Assembly: GCA_036172245.1 (NCBI GenBank)
Contig: JAYWIR010000058.1
Location: forward strand, 496,001-560,000
DNA length: 64,000 nt
Direction: 5' to 3'
Source of the DNA: Raillietiella orientalis
Lineage: Eukaryota
Shown here: positions 38,401 to 45,896 of the stretch, one piece after another
How positions within the stretch are numbered: the stretch's first letter is position 1
Layout of the letters: each line of letters starts with the position of its first letter
Notes under the pieces: generated by a model
Database searches by the model: none
Told to the model about the DNA's origin: nothing
Seen by the model: the letters and a program-made list of their open reading frames with translations, nothing else
Program-made: the position numbers and the translations under genes

Positions 38401-41400
38401 ATCTCTTGGATTAATTTAATTTACACAGCATCAGGAACCAACAGCATTCGATCCGAATCTAGAAATTCCAAATTAAAAGCTTGTAATTGTCGGCTGTGAG
38501 AATACATAGAGCTAGGAGACAGTTACCAAGTGATGCAGGCGCTGCATCAGTCTCTTCCCTCTCTTACTCTCCGAAGACGTAGCCGCATCTCCGATTCAGA
38601 TTAAGAATCGACCCTCAACGTAGCTCGACCCCGGCAGCCTTGAACAAGTTGTATATTCCCGAAATGAAGCAAGCGAATATGATTCAGGTGATTTCTCCCG
38701 GTTTAAAACAACAAGATTCCGTTGATCATAAACCGTTGATAAAGACAACAGGGAAAGCCAGGGAAGCCTTGTGGTGTTTGATACGAAAGTGAATAAAATG
38801 TTTTGTGAGATTATCTTATTTTTCCTCAATCCGGGGCAAGTCCTGTGAGACGTGGTTGTTCTTACATGATTATTCGTAGTATAACTACTCTATGGCTAAT
38901 GCCTACCTTCGTGAAGTTTGAGTGGTCAGATTTGCACCATGGATACGCTCATGATTTCACTTTACGACCCACATTTGGTGGGAAGACTTCCCATCCAGTG
39001 TCCGCTAAATTATGCACTTGAACGAGCCGCTTCTTTTTCCCGAGCGTTTAATTGTTGCTTTTTCTTTATTAAAGGTGCAAGAGATTTTCAACAGGCATCT
39101 TTCGATCCCTGACGCAGAAAATGAAGCAGAGAAGATAAACTCGAGAAACGCTAGCAGCTCGATGCTCCAGGATGTCGATGTATGCTTTTCTGTTTCGAAA
39201 GTCATTCCGGCTTTCAAATGCACATGCTTAATAATGTTATGTTCAGGATGATCTGCAAGAAGCCGAAAATGAAGCATTAAAACAAAAAGCCGATGATGTG
39301 GACGAAAAGTCCTCTTCTGAAAATTCACTATGTAAAGGTGACTTGTCTGATGGATCTAAGAAAATGAGGTTCTCTGATATACGGCCGTAAGTAAATCCTG
39401 ATTGATCTTCTGATGTTCCCGAGGACTCCGAACTTTGTTTTTCAAAAAGGATGCTCACGTGAATTTCGTGTGTGTGGTCCCAAACTCAAATTTCCGCAAC
39501 CACGGGAATAGTTCTCTCCGTGCTTGCTACATCGGCTTCACTAAGTATTCATAACGATGTTCGTGAAGCACAATAAATACTACAAAAAATGGCCTTGCAT
39601 CCAGTTCAAACTAGAAATGCTAAATTGAGAAAAGTGGCATAAGAATAGGAAAAATAAGTTAAAAAAATATGCGGCATTGTGCGAACGCAATGCTGACTAA
39701 TGAAATGTTTCCCAGATTGAGATTTGAGTAATCCTTCGTTTCGATTTCGAGGATTCGTAACATTGCAAACTTTTATCTTCAAAAAAATTGCATAAACAAA
39801 AAGTAATCGAACTTTCCGTATGAGACAACGAACGTAGTATCCTTAGAGTCGGATTAGAAAGTGCAGCATTAGTTGCAAGACTCGCTTGTCGTTCCAGTCC
39901 GACAGGGGGAATGCAACAATGGTATCCATGGGAACAACACGGGTGATTTGTGTTTTGCAACATGGGATCTGAAAATGCCTGTATAATGCCTCTCTAATTG
40001 TAGCTTCAAGGTACTTGAAGAGTCATTTTTCTGTACAGAACAATTTTATTGTATCAGGAATTCGCTGAGCCATATTTCAGTCGCTACGAATAAAAGGAAA
40101 CGTTTCTTCCTTTTATGTTATTTTAAGTCTTGTGGATTCTATTCGCTATCGTTTCAGTACAACTTTGTTTCTCTTTCGAACTTTTCCAGTTTATTTCCAT
40201 GAAAGATTTTTTTCGTGTGCTGCTGAATAATTATGTTGAATGCACGCAGTTTCTGAAAACTTCTGTCATGTGGAAGGAACAAAAGAAAGTAAATGAAAAA
40301 TTTTTGAAACAGTACGTTTGGGTGGAGACCCTTGTCAGTTTCGAAACATAGAAGGATGCAAAATTTCATAAAGGACTGCATATGTCGGCAAGCAAGCTTC
40401 CGCTACTCTTTGTAAATTCGTTGCAACTTGGGAATGGAGTTATTTAGGACATACCATAAAACGTCAGTAAAAACAGAATAAAGTGAAGAAAATGAAGCTA
40501 AAGAGAACACGATGTCGACTGAAACTATTGTTTATGAATGCGTTTTCAAAAACCAGAGCATAATCAGCGATGGTTTCGTGTATTTTCTGTATATTGTTTG
40601 ATTCATGATAAAGACATTGGTTGGTATCCCTTGGGGATACGACAGCTAGCTCGATCTTGGTTCCAGTATTCAGTATTCTTTGTCGTCGTAGGTTGCACTG
40701 AATATCAGTCGACTTTCTGAATCATATATGCAAATCGACCATCACGGTGTCTGCCACTGTATTTGCTGCTCTCATCATTTGCCTTTTTAGCCCAGATCAT
40801 TTGAAACGAAGAGTTTACGAACAACGTTTGGAAAAGAACACAAACACACACAGCTTCAACAATTTACTATTCAATTATAAGCACGATTTCAATCAGAAAT
40901 CATCATCACCGGAGAATAAAAATTGAATTAAAGAATGATGAATATATCGTAAGATCCGGGGCACGACAGAATTCGAACTCCTGGTGAACCTAAAGTGTTC
41001 CCAAGTGTCTTTAGTGTAATATTTTAACAATTTTCCCCATTAAATTGTGGTGTTGAAGTGTGCTTTCTTCCATTTTCTTGCCGTATTTGCATGTTCAAGG
41101 GTGCATTTCATTGAATATGCAACTATGATCGCTAGCTGCATCATGCCTTCATGATGCAGCTAGCGATCATAGTTTACAGCATGTTCTCTGTAATTTTTAT
41201 TTCGAACGTTTCATTCATTCCGCGGGCTGCAGCAATTTTAGTATTGGGGTAATATTTGCAAATTCCATGCAATTTATGCTTCCAGGATTTGTAAGGTGCA
41301 GTCTCTTAAATGAGGTAAAGAGTAATTTGTTTTCGTTTCAGGAATGCTACTAACATTAAACGAATGGATACTGCCATAAAGCTAAACGAAGTCATCGTGA

Positions 41401-41944
41401 AGAAGTCCTCAAACGCTCAGTTGGTAATCGTGAATATGCCCGGAGTTCCTCGAAACATTCAAGCAGGAATGGAGTACAACTGTATCCTTGTTTGGTTGTT
41501 TTGCCGATTTCACGCATGTGCGAAACGCAGGGAACTTTATTTCCTCGAAGCAAATGATTCTTTCACGTTACGTTAATATCGTTGCATCTTTGGTGTGGGT
41601 AAGGAACGAAGTCATATTGGAAGTATTGCAGCGTAGGAACTGAAAGTCAGCCCTTCACATACGTCTCGATTGTTGAGTTTATGGTGAGCACCAAACATGA
41701 AGCAATACTTTATGAGCAGCAAGTTGGACCTTCCTAACTTGTGAGACATAGAAACCAGTCCATTTTACTGTTAGATCTTTGTTTCCCATGCTGTTTTCAA
41801 TGCAATGAAATGAGGGAATTCTCGAAGTACTTTTCCTTAATTCTTCTTACAGATATGGAATTTCTAGAAGTTCTTGTGGATAAACTGGACAGAGTGCTTT
41901 TGGTCAGAGGTGGTGGGAGAGAAGTAATCACAATATATTCTTGA
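2308..41944 (+). CDS. kcc: K-Cl cotransporter (SLC12A4/5/6/7-like, kazachoc/kcc type), spliced gene of 16 exons, 5'-partial (N-terminus and TM1 lie upstream of the window)
   Basis: Exons 2308-2493, 4669-4904, 6662-6894, 9088-9249, 17198-17354, 23091-23323, 30475-30634, 31138-31257, 32267-32629, 32682-32871, 32917-33132, 33197-33304, 39075-39179, 39247-39386, 41342-41481, 41853-41944. All are GT-AG with matching phases and total 2841 nt. KCC motifs: [109 protein letters not shown]. Confidence 0.96.
4669..4904 (+). CDS. kcc: KCC exon (TM4-TM5: [11 protein letters not shown]...NNFRFYGT...VNKFA)
   Basis: ttttcag|AC acceptor, CA|gtaagt donor (phase 2). Confidence 0.95.
6662..6894 (+). CDS. kcc: KCC exon (large extracellular loop with four Cys: ICVLG, FCSK, IFCH, VCDEYF; NVT sequon)
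   Basis: tttcag|G acceptor, G|gtaaag donor; a Cys-rich TM5-TM6 loop is typical of KCCs. Confidence 0.93.
7215..7239 (+). repeat. G-tract cluster (G7-T-G7-T-G6-A-G2)
   Basis: Read directly. Confidence 0.85.
7354..7395. repeat. Tandem repeat, 3 x 14 bp (TTTGGTCGTCYATW)
   Basis: tttggtcgtctata tttggtcgtccata tttggtcgtccatt. Confidence 0.9.
9088..9249 (+). CDS. kcc: KCC exon (ENLGSN...[19 protein letters not shown])
   Basis: ttctag|AG acceptor, G|gtaatt donor; TM6 motif. Confidence 0.95.
17198..17354 (+). CDS. kcc: KCC exon ([24 protein letters not shown]...LLRDK)
   Basis: ttccag|GA acceptor, AA|gtaaga donor. Confidence 0.96.
22983..23014. repeat. Perfect 14-bp inverted repeat, 4-nt loop
   Basis: aaggactaacgatg ATAG catcgttagtcctt. 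Confidence 0.9.
23091..23323 (+). CDS. kcc: KCC exon ([17 protein letters not shown]...[20 protein letters not shown]...GEPRRAL)
   Basis: tttacag|G acceptor, G|gtaagc donor; TM8 GAGLQSL is KCC-type rather than the Ser-Ser of Na-coupled CCCs. Confidence 0.96.
25371..25419. repeat. 21-bp inverted repeat (1 mismatch), 7-nt loop
   Basis: acatctactatgtgcgaagca AAGTTGA tgcttcgcacataatagatgt. Confidence 0.9.
26906..26931 (+). repeat. Poly(A) run (26 nt)
   Basis: Read directly. Confidence 0.9.
30475..30634 (+). CDS. kcc: KCC exon ([54 protein letters not shown]), absent from the ORF track
   Basis: ttgtag|GC acceptor, TG|gtaaag donor; hand translation gives TM9-TM10 and TPNWRPRF. Confidence 0.96.
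31138..31257 (+). CDS. kcc: KCC exon (TM11-TM12: [15 protein letters not shown]...IYKYIEYCG)
   Basis: ttttcag|G acceptor, GG|gtaagg donor. Confidence 0.95.
32267..32629 (+). CDS. kcc: KCC exon (AEKEWGDG...PHTKNWRPQ...KVKGFC)
   Basis: tatcag|A acceptor, TT|gtaggt donor. Confidence 0.96.
32682..32871 (+). CDS. kcc: KCC exon ([19 protein letters not shown]...FPQSNQK)
   Basis: 52-nt intron before and 45-nt intron after; phases consistent. Confidence 0.94.
32917..33132 (+). CDS. kcc: KCC exon ([19 protein letters not shown]...EVVEM)
   Basis: ttctag|TTG acceptor, ATG|gtgagc donor. Confidence 0.96.
33197..33304 (+). CDS. kcc: KCC exon ([20 protein letters not shown]...RIDL) carrying the conserved WNK-SPAK/OSR1 regulatory Thr motif
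   Basis: ttgcag|ACC acceptor, TTG|gtaatt donor; YTYEKT motif. Confidence 0.94.
39075..39179 (+). CDS. kcc: KCC variable C-terminal linker exon ([20 protein letters not shown]...QDVD)
   Basis: ttaaag|GTG acceptor, GAT|gtatgc donor; phase 0-0; VQxI start fits what follows the YTYEKT exon in KCCs. Confidence 0.78.
39247..39386 (+). CDS. kcc: KCC variable linker exon ([14 protein letters not shown]...RFSDIRP)
   Basis: gttcag|GAT acceptor, CC|gtaagt donor; phase 2 joins the next exon to give [10 protein letters not shown]. Confidence 0.85.
41121..41174. repeat. Perfect 25-bp inverted repeat, 4-nt loop
   Basis: aactatgatcgctagctgcatcatg CCTT catgatgcagctagcgatcatagtt. Confidence 0.95.
41342..41481 (+). 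CDS. kcc: KCC penultimate exon ([34 protein letters not shown]...MEYN)
   Basis: tttcag|G acceptor; ends at T|gtatcctt (U12 donor). Confidence 0.95.
41482..41852 (+). other. U12-type (minor spliceosome) GT-AG intron, 371 nt, phase 1
   Basis: 5' site GTATCCTTG; branch motif TTTTCCTTAAT at 41831-41841, ending 11 nt before the last intron base; splicing restores EYN-Y-MEFLEVL. Confidence 0.9.
41853..41944 (+). CDS. kcc: KCC last coding exon ([30 protein letters not shown])
   Basis: ttacag|AT acceptor; canonical KCC C-terminus; TGA at 41942-41944. Confidence 0.96.
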
Positions 41945-42432
41945 GCATCTTGGTTATTTATGACGATTTAAGTGTTAGCCCTGACATTAGTTTGGATTTG
42001 TAATCATTTTTGTGATGGAAGACTTTCTGTACAAGTTTTTAGCTCATGGCTATTTTCCCAGCAAATAATGTTTTTGTCTTTCCTTTATTTTATTGCTCTT
42101 CCAAACATCATGGACATACGGTATCAACCACGGAAAAGTGATCGTTATCAGCAAACTCCTTATCAGCAATCCATTTCCCAATGTGGGATCATAATTTGAT
42201 ATACTTTATTTTTTGTGTACTCGTGCTTGTTGATGTTGGCAACGAAATTGCCGAAAGTCAGTTCCACACTGGAGTTTTAAGCAAAGATTCAGTTCCATGA
42301 CGATAAGACACTTGGTGTATTGATGTTGTTAGTGATCCCAAGATTCCATTGTTATTTATATTCGTTATCACATTTTCGCATATGATATACATCGTTATCG
42401 AACGATGCTGCAAGGATTTTTTATTTTTCAGA

Positions 42433-42438
42433 AATAAA
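42433..42438 (+). terminator. Candidate polyadenylation signal (AATAAA) of the KCC gene
   Basis: AATAAA ~490 nt after the stop, with T-rich sequence on both sides, immediately before the shift to GC-rich DNA. Confidence 0.55.
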
Positions 42439-44215
42439 CATTTCCTTCTAAGTTATGGAGTTTTTATTATTTTCTATGCGCTCATATTAGTTACCAAGCA
42501 GTGAACTCCGGAAGCAGCTGGATTGGGAATCGCAGCTGTATTTCACTTATGGTTGCAGGAGTTTGGGGTTACGAGGACATATTAAGCGGAGCTGCAGCCG
42601 CACTGGTAGCATGGTGCTGCTGACACAAAACGTAGGAATCGATGACTTGTTTTTTTGTGGTGGTAAATGAGTTGCGCATACAAAGAGGTAGTAGGTTGGC
42701 TAAGGTGCAAGCACGCACTGGTGAATGACTCTTTCGTGTCTTCGCCAATGCTGTACGATCCACTAAGCGGTACGGCACCAGGATGTCGTGTTTCTGCCAC
42801 GTGCTCTGTTGCTTTACAAATTTGCTGTGTGTGCAGCTGGTAACGGTGGAACCAAGGAGGGATCAGTCTTGGATGATGAGGAGCGTGGCCATTTGGATGT
42901 GATGCTTGCTCAATGACTTTTTCGTAACCACGATAAACAGCGCGGAAGAACCTTGCGGAAGCGCAAACCGAACAGAAATGGAACTTTCAGAGCCGCTTTG
43001 CCGTCTGCGTTTACCGCTCCCAATTTCCAACTTTTGGATTTGATACGGATACAACTGTATCCTTGTAAGGGAAGCGTTAGTACCACAGTTTTGTGGTACT
43101 AACGCTACACGAAGCGTTTTCGGTCCAGCTCTGCCAGACTGACTGACGGAAATGCCTGTGGCGCTCAATTCGCGTGTCTATGCAGGAAGTTGTGCAGGAG
43201 GACCGAAAACGACTTGAAGTCAGGTGTATCCCTAGAGGACGACTGCGTATGACAGACCCATCACAGAAGTCTTCGTATCAAAGTCGTCCTCATCTTTAGT
43301 GGGTTTGCTGGATTCTTCGGTTGTCTCAGGACACGCAAATCTGGATCCCTAGGGAGCTCGTTTGCATGAGAGAACGTTCCGCAGAACATCTGACACACTG
43401 AAAACACGAGGATACATACGCAAACATGAGCCAGTGGCAATGTTTCACACGTAGTGGTACCAAGGCTCGTGAAGGCGTGCTTGAAAAGTCGAAACCGATC
43501 CAAAAGAGTGTCAGCAATCGATCGCCTGTGAACTAAGGTACGACCAGAAGTCGTTTGGTGTTGACACTGACACGTGCAGTAGCATTTTTCATTCATCTTT
43601 CATTTCTTTCATTCAGAAGCCTTGGAAATGTAAGATGAGTTTCCCTGAAAGACTTATCTCAGCTGCTGGGAGCTTGTTAATGGGCTGCTGTTGTGGAGAT
43701 GGCTCACCATCGTGGAGTGCATGATCGTTACTTTTGGCCACTCACCAAACTGACTCTCCACATCTCATACTGTCGCCTAAGAGGGATAACGACCCGAGTC
43801 TGCACATCTTAGATGTCACTGGATCCGGGTGATGTGCAGCCCACCTTCGGTCTTGGTTAGTTTGCGGCTATCCTCTGGACTTCCTTTGCAGTAGTACCCA
43901 CCTTCGAGCTTTCTAATGGTGCCTTGGTCTCTGTTCCAGCTCCCATCGGGTTTATAAGGGGATCTAGATTGGGTCCGAGCTGATGTGCGGCTCTCCTTTA
44001 AACTAGTCTGTATGGAAAGCTGATTGGTAAGCGCTGTGTTAGGTGAGATTACAAGAAGCACAAAGCCACAAGGAGTTTTGCTGGATTTACTAGGCAACTT
44101 CCCCGTCGTGACAGGGACTTTGCAGGTTCTATAGCTCGTAGAAGATCGCCGCATCTCCAACAGCATGCGCACGCGTTTCACCACCGGCAAATGTGACTGA
44201 AGAGCAGCTTCTCCG

Positions 44216-45805
44216 GAGGATGTAGACAGGCAGTACAAGTTGCCCTCTGCCATGTCACCTCCGGAGGGACGGACGAACCTGACTGTCCCTAGAGGGAGCA
44301 CGGATGACCCTCCGGCTTTCGGGCACGTCCCACGCGAAGAGTCGGTGTGTCACGAAGTCCGAAGGCAGTGTTGTTCGTCATGGTCAGAAGCGGAGTGGAG
44401 CAGGACGCAGGCAGACAAGCCCCTCATCTTCGGTGGCTCGGACTCTCGGGCACCTGACAGGCGGCGCTCCTCCGCTGATAAGAAACGGATAGTGAGCTCC
44501 CCGGCACTTCGGGAGGGGACCTGCGATTCGGGACGGGATTGAGAGAGGAGAGGGACATGCATCTCCGTCACCGGAGGCACACAGATTATCCTTTGCTTTG
44601 CTGTCCCAAATTCCTCTTCCCTTTGTAGGCCCACTGAGAACGGGCCGCTGGCGCTGTCACCCTCCGAGGAACTTTGGTCACATGGCATCTTCGCTCTTTA
44701 CCCCTCGTGGGGGAAGACTCCTTTGGGACTGTTACGAGGTTGATGGAGAGGGAAAGGGGCGAAAGGTGACCCGTGCCTCTGCATTTCCAGGGAGGTGACC
44801 CTCAGGTAAACCATATCTCTGCTTATCCAGGGAGGGTAGGCAAGAGGACAACTGTACCAACACCTATACTCGTAAGGAAGGGCGTGGACCTTCGAAGCGG
44901 CCGCCGCTGTCGGTTCGTTCGAGGGAACGCGTGCCTGCAGTGGAGTGGCGGCAGCAGTAATTGGTGCCCGTGTGAGGCCCGGAGAAGGGCGGAACCTTCG
45001 CGACGAAATTAACGTCGTTGTGAAGCGTTGGATATCCACTCGCGGGCGCGCGTTCCGAGACTCCTTTCTTTCTCCTCCTCCCGAGCTGCGGGTCACTGTC
45101 TTCGGGGTAGCTCTTTCCCCCTTCTCACTCTGCTTATCCATCGTTCGCCTCCCTAATTCTCTCTCCTAGCATTCGAACCCCCCCACATACACACACATAC
45201 GCCTTCAGCGCAGCAAGTTCCGGAGCACCTGGGTGTCAGGAGGCGCGTGTTACTGCGGGCTGGCCGCGAGAGCATCCCCTAGTGGCGCTTGTGCGAATCA
45301 CAGCGATGCTCTATCTACGCCTCTCCCTGCCTGCATCAGGATTCGCACGCTCGTGCGAGCGCATTTTCGACGTCTTCAAGGCCTACCAATAGATTCAGCC
45401 GACTCCTTGCTCCTTGTCTCTTCCAGCTGCCAAGGTCGTCCTCTGGCGGGAGACTGCCAATGGAGGGAAGTGGACGCTGCCCTTGTCCCCAAGAGTCATA
45501 TCTGCGGAGCGGAATGTACCGCCTTCCTCTTCCGGATTCTCTCTCCTACTCAACGACCCGTTGGTAGTGTCCAGAGGCGGCCCCCAAGCTTTCCGTTCTG
45601 GTTAAACGCGATTGAGTGACGCGACCAGAATCTTCCCACCGGCGCATTGTCCCCAATGCTAGACGAGAATGAGCCGTTGTGGTGGCCTTGGTGCATCCAC
45701 CCCTCCGTTTTGAGGGCTCGTCAGCTTGTCCTGGCAATTGGGGGAGGTCCTTCTGTTTGCTCTCTTCAGGTCGCTAGTGGCCTCAAGAGGATGTAGACAG
45801 GCAGT
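44216..45805 (+). repeat. 19-bp exact direct repeat GAGGATGTAGACAGGCAGT at 44216-44234 and 45787-45805
   Basis: Both copies read directly. Confidence 0.85.
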
Positions 45806-45854
45806 GCGGAAACCTTGCTTATAACGATGATGCACTCTTTAGGTCGCGAATGAC

Positions 45855-45896
45855 CATCTTACGCTGATGGCTCAAGAGAGCCATCATCGTAAGATG
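45855..45896. repeat. 19-bp inverted repeat (1 mismatch), 4-nt loop
   Basis: catcttacgctgatggctc AAGA gagccatcatcgtaagatg. Confidence 0.9.

Noticed and set aside
40957..40982. Minus-strand GGAGTTCGAATTC, tRNA T-loop/B-box-like
   Set aside because: No A-box or cloverleaf could be built.
43816..44301. 161-aa minus ORF with SPYKPDG, faintly integrase-like
   Set aside because: No DDE, RT or RNase H motifs; insufficient to call a retroelement.
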